Position numbers and translations under genes: made by a program
The notes under the pieces: model-generated
The model's input: the letters and a program-made list of their open reading frames with translations, nothing else
Told to the model about the DNA's origin: nothing
The model's database searches: none
Shown: piece after piece, positions 10,986 to 23,100 of the stretch
Numbering within the stretch: the stretch's first letter is position 1
Layout of the letters: each line of letters starts with the position of its first letter
Assembly (NCBI RefSeq): GCF_006345805.1
Contig: NC_043000.1
Span: 149,048,001-149,112,000, forward strand
DNA: 64,000 nt
Direction: 5' to 3'
Origin: Octopus sinensis
Taxonomy: Eukaryota

Positions 10986-13900
10986 CTCCCGCCTCTCACC
11001 ACACAAATATGAAACTAGCCAATCCTTGGTCAAACACAGCATTCATGTATGACTCTCTACTGATGATCAGTGATAAAGTCTCCGGCAAGTAACTTTTGTG
11101 ATCAATGTAGTGTTCATGTCTAAATAAATGGTCTCGTCGAAAATCTGAAATGGACTTGGTTTTATATGGGAAGCAGCACGCAGCCAAATTCAGCTCTGGC
11201 AATAATTTAACTCTTGCTTATAAAAGTTATGCAAATGACCTCGACATCAAACAAGCAAATGATTCTAACATGGAACTACAAGATAAAATGATGACCCTCC
11301 TACGCTTAATTACAGCTTACCAATTTGGTAATCCTGACGTCAACATCCAGCAAGCTAAGTTAAAATAGTGACCCACGACGTCCAAACTAGTTACATTGCC
11401 GACACCCGACGATTAATCAAGCTACAATGGAGACCTCCGGCGCAAGAAATGTCAGTCAAGGCCAGTCACGTTGATAGCAAACGTCTTTCAAGACAGAAAA
11501 TCAATGACCAGTTCGTCGTTAGAAATGGCGACCAAAACAACAAATGAGATATCAACTCGACGCCGACACCTCTGTAACGAAAGTGTGAATATCTTCTCTG
11601 GACCTTTTGGGGGTGCGAGAAGCAATCACTTTCCGTTGCTTTAATAATCCAGATTCTACCAGTCAGAAACAACAAGACGCAAACGTAAAAAATATATATC
11701 TACTTTATTCTCTTATGACAGTAACAAATAAGTGGTATATCTGGGTATCCCTTTGGTATAGATGTGTCAGAGCTGAACTTTATCGCTGTAGAATTTACAG
11801 TGTTCAAATGCTAACGACACTGGTCAAAGATGGCGTCCGGAACAGGGAGAAGATGTGGTCTGCATCAATTCAGGTTAAAAGTCTTTTGGTAAAGGCTGCT
11901 GCTATGATCAAGTTCGGACAGAGAGAAAGAACTAACGTCCGTTGCCTTCAATCGCTGTGTCTCAAGTCAATGACTGCTGCTGGACGCTAGTGGTCAACGT
12001 CCTACGATCCCCCTGCCTCGGCTAACTGCCACGTAGGCAAAAGGGTCCTTCTTCCGGTGCTTTGCGCATGCGCGAGAGGGCCTTTCCTCTCTCTGCCTTG
12101 GTGAAGGCACAAACTCCGCACGCGCGAAACAGGAATGGACGGTGCGCGCGCGCGCCGCTGTATAGCGTCACTACAATACAAACTGCTGAATTCAACAGCG
12201 AAAGAGTCGCTCAACAAACTTCAAGACGAAAACGTCCGGCAAAAATACAAATAATGCAATTTACAATTCGATATAGCTTTTACAAAGCACAGACCTCAAC
12301 CTTCCATACATTGGTACCTCCGACGTCAACAACAACACAATAACAAGTTAATTCAACCATTAACTGTTGAACTTCAACGCCAACATGAACATAACATTTC
12401 GTTACCGGTCGACAGCCACGAATCATAATTAGTCTGTTAGCAGCTAATATCAACCAGACAACACAACGACGAATTGGATCGGTGGCACAACAACAAATTG
12501 CAACAAAACTGCTTTGCATACATGATTTCACAGAAGAGACTCTCAAGAACTTTTTCTGTGCTTGTTTTTATGTTTACTCTTCGTTTCAATTTTATTTTTA
12601 AAAAATGGAAAAAAATTCTCCTTCTCTGCAGATGTTACTCGTTCGTAAACATGTTAATATCTTTGCAAGTATCATGTCCAAAGTTAACGAATTTTCCTGC
12701 CGACTTCGCCTGCAGTCAATTTCATACACACATGCTTATTACATTGCATGAAAGATTATGCACCATCTACGAATTTACATTACCAACTGTTCTCTTGCAA
12801 TGGTTTTTTGCTTTATATTTTTGTGTAAATGTTTGCAGTTTTCTCACGTTACTAAATTAAACTGCACTCTTCTTGTTAGCATAAATTTTTGCTGCACTTC
12901 GTTTTTAAATGTAAACCACGTGCATACATATATTCAATTACACATTTGCCCTGTTCTCTTAGCATTTTCGCGTATAAAGAATACAAACCATTCTTTTTCT
13001 GCGCCTTGCTTCAAGCCAGCTACTTTCCTCTATAAGACCTCGCAATGGTCACGTTGAATATAAAATAAATTGAAATGGCTTAATGCACCCAACATCGCTG
13101 ATAGTTTCTGTCAACATATATACAGACAGAAGACAAGCACTCCATTGTTCTCAAAACCGTTATCTCTGAGAACTGACTCCTCTATTTGCACGTTTCGCGT
13201 TTCAGCACAATTTTGCATATTAGAAGTCTGAACACGGGCAATGATTTATTTGTTTTCACCTTGTTACATGGCTTTTTGCTTTCGTATTTTGCATTTCAAA
13301 ACTAGCCTTGTTTGCAGTATTGCAAGTTAGAGTTTTAAAATTTAGAATGTTCTCTATCTTGTGTCTGTTATTTTTCGTATACAGTTTTCTGCATGTTTTA
13401 TTAATATTGACAGTATTGTGGCCCTGTACATTTCTGCAAGTAACTTTTCGCATGATGTCTCATTCAAGGCCTACATGCCATGTCTGTACGTAATTTATTT
13501 TTTGATGGCTTTTCTTTGCTAGTTTTATTTATTATAACGCATACATTGCACATTGTTCATTCGCATTGCAATGATTTTGTTACCATTTTATCCTCATTCA
13601 CATGTCCTCCGACAACTTCACTGGAGGGTAAGTACTGTCGAGGGGTTTAGAACTGAAACCACATTAGCTCAGTAATGAGTGATAGGTCATAGCATATTAG
13701 GTGATGTTGGGTTAATTATCATCCAATTTTATTTCAGCTGCGATCGTACGATTTGAAGTGGAATTTTCCATGAAATATCTGCAAAAATATGGCTATAAAT
13801 ATAGAAGCACGGAACAATCAGGGCAAACGTTTTAGAGTTTCCTGAGAGGACAAGATTCTTGGTCGCTGCTTGACCTCAGGTTAAAGAGAATTATGAAAGA

Positions 13901-13987
13901 GGAATGTCCTGTCTCTCACCTCACGAATACAACTAATCAATTCTTGGCCAAACACAACATATACATATGATTCTCAACTGATCATCA

Positions 13988-14395
13988 GGCACAGGAGTGG
14001 CTGTGTGGTAAGTAGCTTGCTAACCAACCACATGGTTCCGGGTTCAGTCCCACTGCGTGGCACATTGGGCAAGTGTCTTCTACTATAGCCTCGGGCCGAC
14101 CAATGCCTTGTGAGTGGATTTGGTAGACGGAAACTGAAAGAAGCCTGTCGTATATATGTATATATATATGTATTATGTGTGTGTGTTTGTGTGTCTGTGT
14201 TTGTCTCCCTAGCATTGCTTTACAACCGATGCTGGTGTGTTTACGTCCCCGTCACTTAGCGGTTCGGCAAAAGAGAGAGACCGATAGAATAAGTACTAGG
14301 CTTACAAAGAATAAGTCCCGGGGTCGATTTGCCCGACTAAAGGCGGTGCTCCAGCATGGCCGCAGTCAAATGACTGAAACAAGTAAAGAGAGAGA
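13988..14395 (+). mobile_element. tRNA-derived SINE family B (CORE-like block, internal TA/TG microsatellite, LINE-derived tail)
   Basis: Head GGCACAGGAGTGGCTGTGTGGTAAG...GGGTTCAGTCCC, TTGGGCAAGT block, tail GGCGGTGCTCCAGCATGGCCGCAGTCAAATGACTGAAAC. Confidence 0.9.
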
Positions 14396-14980
14396 TATAG
14401 CCTCCATCGAGTAACTTTTGATGTCACTGAAATGTCGATGTCTAAATAAATGGTCTCATCGAAAATCTGAAATGGACTTGTCTTATATGGGAAGAAGCAG
14501 CACACAGCCAAATTCAGCCTAAGCAAAAAACCAAAAGGATCAACACCCCATCTAACCAAGTTACAAATGGTTAAAAACCACTTCAATCTCAGTCTTTTTA
14601 GTAAAGCCGTTGGGTGAAAGACTCGGTTGATCGTTGTAAGCTACAGCTACGTAGTATTGAGAAGATTCTTATTAATCAGTAGTTTTGAATTCATATCTAT
14701 CTTGAGGTTGGGGAACGACTACTGTCGATTGACCCAGTGAATTTCTTACTCAAATTACAGCGGCAATAACTTCTGAATCGGGAGTTGAATTCAACTGCAA
14801 AAATTTTAATGGCTTCTCGGGGTATCTCAATTAATTTTACATGCTCATAGCCCACTAAATGTGTAGATCAGTTATTAGGTTTAATAGGAATGCTATCAGA
14901 TGGATTATCATCATCATTCACGAGAGTTATACAACTAATTGTAAACACTTTGTATCTATATATATTTGTGGAATATATAC

Positions 14981-15146
14981 AGGCGCAGGAGTGGCTGTGT
15001 GGTAAGTAGCTTGCTTACGAACCACATGGTTCCGGGTTCAGTCCCACTGCGTGGCACTTTGGGCAAGTGTCTTCTACTATAGCCTCGAACCGACCAAAGC
15101 CTTGTGAGTGGATTTTGTAGATGGAAACTGACAGAAGCCTGTCATG

Positions 15147-15194
<48 letters not shown>

Positions 15195-15532
15195 AGATAA
15201 ATAAAAATATATGCATACATACAAACATATATGTACGTACCTACATCTACATGTATATATACATGCATATATAAATAATTATACGGGAGTACAGGACATA
15301 TATATATATATATATGTGTGTGTGTGTCTGTGTGTGTGTGTCTGTGTTTGACCCCCAACATCGCTTGACAACCGATGCTGGTGTGTTTATGTCCCGTAAC
15401 TTAGCGGTTCAGCAAAAGAGATCGATAGAATAAGTACTAGGCTTACAAAGAATAAGTCCTGGGGTCGATTTGCTCGACTAAAGGCGGTGCTCCAGCATGG
15501 CCACAGTCAAATGACTGAAACAAGTAAAAGAG
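14981..15532 (+). mobile_element. SINE family B with a foreign insert in its internal (TA)n
   Basis: Family B consensus; ~15195-15298 matches the repeat at ~60395-60490. Confidence 0.88.
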
Positions 15533-16154
15533 TATATATATATCAAGAAAATGCTTGAGTTTTCCCCCTTGTACCAGTTTGGAGAAATGTTAATTTTCTT
15601 TTTTAATATATAAAATTTGAATTTTTATGACAATTTACGTTCTTTCCGCCTCTTGTTCTTGGATTAGAGTAAAATGGTAATACTCCCAGATTCTTGAAAC
15701 ACCTGAGTAAGGAGTTTTATTTTCAAAAAATTTTTTTAAAGGGAAATAACTACAGCGCATACACTTACACGCGCGCGCGCGCACACACACAAGACAAACA
15801 CACACCCACACAAAACCACCAACAACAATAACAACACCAATGCCAACAACGACACCACCACCAACAACTGCAAAAGTAACACCTGTCTCTCATTGTCGTC
15901 ACGTGTCCTCTCTGCGGCTATTTCAGCTACTATTAAAGGCACCACCTGCACGAATTTTCCATTTCACTGTTAACCAATGCACCTGTCTCTGTTTCAAGCC
16001 ACTAATAATGCATTTTTACCTCTTTAATTTAATATATACCAGGACATTGTAGAAGGTTCTTCGCCTCTCAAGAATGATGTGTGTTTTTGGGCTTTTGCTT
16101 TTCAGCATACCTTTAAGTTGATTGCTTATACACACACACACTATGCGCGCGCGC

Positions 16155-16197
<43 letters not shown>

Positions 16198-16328
16198 TAG
16201 ACAAACCACGAGGGAAATCTGCTAGAGATAGCAGTCATACTTCTCTCAAATCGCACCTTACTGTCATAGGATAATGTAGTCCCTGGAGAAAATAGTTACG
16301 TCTAGAATGCCTTTGAGGTTGATCCATA

Positions 16329-16399
<71 letters not shown>

Positions 16400-16807
16400 G
16401 CACACATACACACATGCATACACACACACACACACATATGTATACACATACACACGTATGTTCATATATGTTTTAGAAAAATTGCCATTTTCAAAAAATG
16501 AGTGAATATTCTAGTTTTAAATCTCTGAGCGAGAAATACGTAGTAACAGTACCGTACAGTAAAGTCTATTTGCCAACGCAACGTGGCAGTCCCACGCAGG
16601 ACGATGTTACTAATTTTTATCTCCAGGAAAACATCTTTTCTAGCTGGCTACCGAAACATGATTTGTGTCCGTAAACTGTGAGCAAGGGAGTCTACCGCTC
16701 CTTTTATAGCCGTAGTGATACCTGTAGACTAATGGTTTCTGAGTAATTTCTCTTCGTCGAGACAAGACAACTGCCAGTGTCTTAAAAATGGTATACTAAA
16801 ACGGTAA

Positions 16808-17222
16808 GATGGCGAGCTGGCAGAAACGTTAGCACGCCGGGCGAAATGCTTAGCAGTATTTCGTCTGCCACTACGCTCTGAGTTCAAATTCTGCCGAGGT
16901 CGACTTTGCCTTTCATCCTTTCGGGGTCGATTAAATAAGTACCAGTTATGCACTGGGGCCGATATAATCGACTTAATCCGTTCGTCTGTCCTTGTTTGTC
17001 CTCTCTGTGTTTAGCCCCTTGTGGTTAGTAAAGAAATAGGTATTTCGTCTGCCGTTACGCTCTGAGTTCAAATTCCGCCGAGGTCGACTTTGCCTTTCAT
17101 CCTTTCGGGGTCGATTAAATAAGTACCAGTTATGCACTGGGGTCGATATAATCGACTTAATCCGTTCGTCTGTCCTTGTTTGTCCTCTCTGTGTTTAGCC
17201 CCTTGTGGGTAGTAAAGAAATA
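16808..17222 (+). mobile_element. SINE family A dimer with 18-bp TSD
   Basis: TSD GGTATACTAAAACGGTAA at 16790-16807 and 17223-17240; internal junction GAAATAG|GTATTTCGTC at ~17040. Confidence 0.9.
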
Positions 17223-17717
17223 GGTATACTAAAACGGTAATGGCACATTATAACGGTTGCCTGGGAATGCATGGTTCAGTTGCGCAGGGAGGTTCTTGCT
17301 AAACTGGAATCCCTGAAAATCCCCGAAACGTGGCAGCTAACAGGGAGATTGCGGGGGATAGGGCAGAGGGTTAATGGGCTCAGTGGAGACGCTGATGAAT
17401 GTGCTGTCGTGAAAAAGTGAGAGGTATCAGAGTGGTTTAGAGTGATTGGGAAGCGAGACACATTAAAAGGAAGCGAAGGAGCTTCTTCGTTGTTGCTTTG
17501 TCTGGCTGAAATAGCCGTCAATTTTTTCTCATATTGTAGCTCGCAGGGGTCGAAAGGAGGCGATACTTTTGACTCTGCAGTATAATCCTGTTTAAAGGTT
17601 AGCAAACGGGGGCGACACACATTCTAGCTGTGCCAATTCCTCAAGTCATACACTAATATCGTAAAATAGGAAGGAAGGATGCATTGGGTAATGTAGTCCT
17701 TCCATATGCACTTTAAA

Positions 17718-18036
17718 GGCGCGTGGCTAAGTGGTTAGGGCACCCGGCTCACGATTGTAAAGCCATGAGTTCAATTCCCGGCGGCGCGTTGTGTCCTTGA
17801 GGAAGACACTTTATTTCACGTTGCTCCAGTTCATTCAGCTGGCAAAAATGAGTAGTATCTGTATGTCAGAGGGCCAGCCTTGTCACATTCTGTGTCACGC
17901 TGAATTTCCTTGAGAACTACGTTAAGGGTACGCGTATCTGTGGAGTGCTCAGCCACTTGCACGTTAATTTCATGAGCAGGCTGTTCCATTGATCAGATCA
18001 ACTGGAAACCCTCGTCGTCGTAACCGACGGAGTGCC
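17718..18036 (+). mobile_element. SINE variant with the family C tail
   Basis: tRNA-like head GGCGCGTGGCTAAGTGGTTAGGG...GAGTTCAATTCCC, a different central block, then the family C tail ...CGTCGTAACCGACGGAGTGCC. Confidence 0.8.
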
Positions 18037-18139
18037 AGTAATATGTATTGTGCTTAAAACAAAATAAGATAGTATGGGCATGGCGGGAACGTCCCTGATC
18101 ATACACTTGCTCAACTAGAGCTGAGCTCGGGTTAAACAT

Positions 18140-18263
18140 TATCATCATCATCATCATCAACATCATCAAAAACAGCAGCAGAAGCAGCAGCAGCAGCAAG
18201 AAGAAGAAGAAGAAGAACAACAACAACAACAACTACTACTACTGCTACTACTACTACTACTAT

Positions 18264-18325
<62 letters not shown>
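18140..18325. repeat. Compound trinucleotide microsatellite (CAT/CAG/AAG/AAC/CTA)
   Basis: Direct inspection. Confidence 0.95.
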
Positions 18326-19075
18326 GACGCATATCAACCTTTACAGCTCTAATTTACCAAAGCGAGGTGTCTAATCACTGAGAGTGCACAACGACTAGAC
18401 GAGTAGTCGGTGTTACGACTTAACGCTTACGTAGATTTAAAAAAAAACCGCGAAGAATGGGTTTCAGATACATTGCATAAAGAAAATATAGAATATCAAC
18501 CACAAAATAGCTCGCGTGACATCTACACGATTCGGTGACTGTTCACTTCAATAGCCGCTACCGAACAAGAGTGACACAATATATTGCAGTTAATGATAAC
18601 GTGAGTGGTTGGTGTGTAAATCTATTAAAAGCGGATGTATAAAAAAGAAGAAAAAAAGGGAGTCAATTTATCACGGGGAAATATAACTGTATTACTTAAA
18701 GTAGTGAAAATACATTCTAGGTAATAGAATAATAAATTGGATGGTGGCTTTCAAGGAGATAAGTTTTCAGCGGCTTTACAATGGAGATAGACAAAATATT
18801 TAATCACTGATAGGGCACAGTGCACAATTACTCAATTGATAGTCACCACTATGATTTGATAAGTGTATGCGTGTCTGTGGGTGGGTATATATATATATAT
18901 ATAATAAAAGGCTCCCAAATAAGGAAGCTTAGTGCTAGAGACACACTAAGCTTCCTTATTTGGGAGACTTTTGTTATATTTCTATATGAATAATATTTTG
19001 TCTAATGACTAATTCGTCTTTTGTGCTAGGCCACTGGTAATAATAACCTATGTTATTACCCTTTTTGATTATGTT

Positions 19076-19111
<36 letters not shown>

Positions 19112-19233
19112 AGTAATTAAGATTAATTTGAATCAGGTACTTAAGTTGAAACACCAAGTCAGTCCAGTATTATCCACACAGTTCGAAATAAGGTGAATAA
19201 AATCAAAATAAGTAAGACGATTTCAAGTAGTAA

Positions 19234-19319
19234 TGCAGTACGACCGTTTCAAGCGACTCCATTTAATTGAACAACACAATCATTACACCAATTTAAATAC
19301 AATGCTATCTTCAGCTGCA
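19234..19319 (-). ncRNA. Type I hammerhead ribozyme motif (left arm)
   Basis: Reverse complement: UGCAG-CUGAAGA-UAGC...GCUU-GAAA-C-GGUC-GUA-CUGCA. Confidence 0.7.
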
Positions 19320-19560
19320 CAAATATGGATTTTCAACAGATAAGATATATTAATATGATTTTTTAAAAACTTTCAACAGAGCAAGAGGATGGAAGAATTT
19401 CATGTTGTAACTATTGTAGCAAGAAATTCTTGCAGCAATAGTGACAACATTGAATTCTTGCTACAATAGTGACAACATTGAATTCTTCCATCCTCTTGCT
19501 CTGTTGAAAGTTTTAAAAAAATCATATTAATATATCTTATCTGTTGAAAATCCATATTTG

Positions 19561-19646
19561 TGCAGCTGAAGATAGCATTGTATTTGAATTGATGTAATGA
19601 TTGTGTTGTTCAATTAAATGGAGTCGCTTGAAACGGTCGTACTGCA
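19561..19646 (+). ncRNA. Type I hammerhead ribozyme motif (right arm)
   Basis: Stem I UGCAG/CUGCA, core CUGAAGA (19566-19572), stem II AGC/GCU with a long AU-rich extension, GAAA (19630-19633), short self-complementary stem III ACGGUCGU, cleavage triplet GUA (19639-19641). Confidence 0.72.
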
Positions 19647-19767
19647 TTACTACTTGAAATCGTGTTACTTATTTTGATTTTATTCACCTTATTTCGAACT
19701 GTGTGGATAATACTGGACTGACTTGGTGCTTCAACTTAAGTACCTGATTCAAATTAATCTTAATTAC

Positions 19768-19822
<55 letters not shown>

Positions 19823-20105
19823 AACATAATCAAAAAGGGTAATAACATAGGTTATTATTACCAGTGGCCTAGCACAAAAGATGAATTAGTCATTAGACAA
19901 AATATTATTCATATAGAAATATAACAAAAGTCTCCCAAATAAGGAAGCTTAGTGTGTCTCTAGCACTAAGCTTCCTTATTTGGGAGCCTTTTATTATATA
20001 TATATATATATATATATGATTGATTGATTGATTGATTCTAGTTTCAGCTTATGAGCTGTGGCCATGCTGGGGCACCGCCATTTGGTGTTGCTACTTGGTT
20101 TCACT

Positions 20106-23100
20106 TCATGGAGGCTTTCTAGCAACTGCTATTTGGTGCATGAGAGAGTTCGATGCAGCTGCCCTCATCTGCCCCTCCTGCTGTGAAGTTGGTTCATCTG
20201 GGACACCTGACAGGAAGAGATCCAGCTTCATTTTAAAGACATCTGTATCCACCCCATGCAGGTCTCTCAGGTTCTTCGGGAGGATATTGAAGAGCTGTGG
20301 GCCTCGGAAGCCCAGGCTATCACAGAATCTTGTCCTACATCTTGATGGCAGGTTTGGAGTCCTAGGCACCACGCAGTGGCGCCCAGTTCTGGCATTTGCG
20401 TAACTCTCAATGCCAAAGTTCAGGACACTTCCCTCCAGGATCTTCCAGACGTATATTATGGCATATCTTTCCCGCCTACGCTCCAGGGAATATAATTTTA
20501 ATCTCTTGAGTCTTTCCCAGTAGCTTACATTCTGCATAGAGGCTATCTTCTTTGTGTAGCTTCGTTGGATCGCCTCAAGTTCTGTGATCAACTTGACACT
20601 GGATGGTGACCATAGCTGAGAGCAATAGTCAAAGTGGCTTAGGACAAGTGTCTTCCAGAGGACCATCATGGTTTTTTGTTCTCTTGTTCTAAAGGTTCTA
20701 AGAATCCATCCAGCCAGCCGTCTACATTTCATTGTCAGTTTAGCAACATGTACATGAAAGGTCGCGTCATCACTCATGTGAATACCCAGGTCACGCACTG
20801 ATTGTGCCTCTGGGATTGCAATCCCTCCGGGTCCAGTGTATTCATTGGGTATTGCATTCAGTTTTGCATGCTGATAGTATAAAGCTTGAAACTTTCCAGC
20901 ATTGAACTGCATGCTATTCTTTTCAGCCCACTTGTATATTTCGTCCGGCACACATTGCAGGTGTTTAGTGTCCTCAGGGTTCTGTATTGCCTGTGAAACT
21001 TTTGTATCATCTGCATAACTTGTGATCGTGGCTCTCTGCGTGGCTGAGGGCATGTCTGAGAGGGCCATTATGAACAGTAGTGGTCCCAGAACAGTGCCCT
21101 GCGGAACACCGCTCACTATTTGTGTGTTAATGGAGGTGGCCCCATTGGCTACTACCACCTGACTTCTATCCTTCAGAAAGTCATGAAGCCATTCTCCCAG
21201 TTTTCCAACTATGTTGAGATCACGCAGTTTGTGACATATCATTCCATGATCGACTTTATCAAAGGCCTTTGCAAAGTCGAGATATATCACTTCCACATTT
21301 GAGTGGTTGAGCAGCCGTTTCAGCACCCAGTCATAGTGTTGTAGGAGCTGAGTTAAACAGCTTCTCCCTGGTCGGAAACCATGTTGGGTGTCGGGCAGCA
21401 AGTCATTCTCTTCAAGGAAGGTGATCAGCTTCCTTCTGACTATTCGTTCCATGACCTTGCTGATGTGTGAGGTCAGAGAGATAGGTCTATAGTTCTTGGC
21501 TTCTGCTCTGCTACCTCCTTTATGAATGGGGCATATTTTACCTTCCTTCAGTTTTCCTGGAAGTTTGCCAGCTGCAAGGAAGCTCTGAAAGAGGAACTGC
21601 AGTGGTCTTGCTAGGACTCTCTTACATGCTTTTAGGAGGATTGCCGGGAATCCATCGGGGCCAGTAGCTGAGTCTGTTTTCATTTCATCTATAGCCTTGG
21701 TTACATCGTCTTCCTTTATATCGATGTAATCTATCATCGCCGCCTCTGATTTTATATCTGCAGTGGTAAAAAAGTCAGTTGGATTGGTGATTTGGAGATG
21801 CCCAAGGGGTGGAGTGAAAACACTCTTGAATTGCTCATTCAGTATTTCACTTACCCTCATTGGTTTTCCTGTAAGTGTGCCATCCTTTTCGAGGAGTGGC
21901 CCTATTCTACAGTGCACTGTAGCTGTTTCTTTGGCATACCTGTAGAAAGCTCTGGGGTTAGATTTTATGTTTTCTATAGCCCAGGCTTCTTTGTCTGCTC
22001 TTTCTTTTTCATGGGAGAGTTGCAGACATTTTTCGATTTCCAACAGTTTTATTTTTAGGCGGGACTTTTCACTGCTTTCAATCTGTTTGTTTAGGCGATT
22101 TGAAAATTTTGTACGCCGTCTCATTAAAATTTTCCTCTCTCTGGGGATTTTGTTCTTGTGTACAGTGGCCTTTCTCTCTGGGACACATTTGTAGCATATG
22201 GCTTGCATTACAGACATGAATTGTTGAAGTTTCACGTCGATGTCTGGCGAGGAGAGACATTTAGGCCAGTTTTGTTTGAGGATCTCTTTCTCAATTTGTT
22301 TCCAGTTTGCCTTATGGTAGTTCAAGCTGGAAAGATTTTGAGGGTTTCTTGTAGGCTGCATGTCCGTGCTCTCTTTTGGCCCGTACATGGTCAGCTCTAT
22401 CATGTTGTGATCTGAGAGTAGTGTCGGTGTCACTTTCACATTATGGATGAGATCCATGTCATTTGTGAAGCAGAGATCCAGTGTGTTACCTGCCCTTGTT
22501 GGTTGGAGTATTACCTGCTCCATGTACAGGGTGTTGATGAGGTTCAGGAGGGACCTCGCCTGTCCTCGTTCACATCTTGTCATTCCTGGGAGAGAAAGGC
22601 CCTCGGGCCATCTGACATTGGGCAGATTGAAGTCTCCCATAAGAAGCACACCTATGTGTTGTTCTAATGTGGTTAGAATTTCTTCTATTTTTATAAGGCA
22701 GTCTTCAAACTTGTCCACATGGCTTGGGGCATCTGGAGGGCGATATGTAGCACACACAACTACATCAAGTTGCCTAATATGTACAATTAGTGTGTCACAC
22801 ACCGAGTTTGAGTATGACAAGAGGACCTGGGGTGTGAGGTCCTCACGGATGTACATAGCAACACCTCCATGACTCCTTTCTTTCCTGTCGGTCCGTAGTA
22901 CAGCATACTGTGGTATGTGTAACTCCGCATCTGCTATGTCCGGTTTCAGGTGCGTTTCTGTAAGTGCTATGCATAAGGCTTGATTGCATGCAACAAAGTC
23001 TCTCAGGAACGGGATCTTTGTCCTGTTACTGAGTGTTTGCAGTCCTCTGATGTTCAGTAGGAGTATCGAGGTGAGGTGTACGTTGTTGCCGGCGGTGTCC

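Larger units (their letters stand above)
10345..14520 (+). mobile_element. Probable degenerate LTR retroelement (two diverged ~450-bp direct repeats)
   Basis: 10345-10604 plus 10995-11195 aligns to 13630-13985 plus 14400-14520; both have a TATA-like box and a downstream AATAAA; no recognisable pol motifs inside. Confidence 0.5.

Noticed and set aside
11607-12860. Host protein-coding ORFs (127, 93 and 128 aa)
   Set aside because: No recognisable domain or splice structure; they lie within a probable decayed LTR element.
15875-15990. E-box cluster (CACCTG x3, CACGTG) as an enhancer
   Set aside because: Short motifs only; cannot be supported without conservation or chromatin data.
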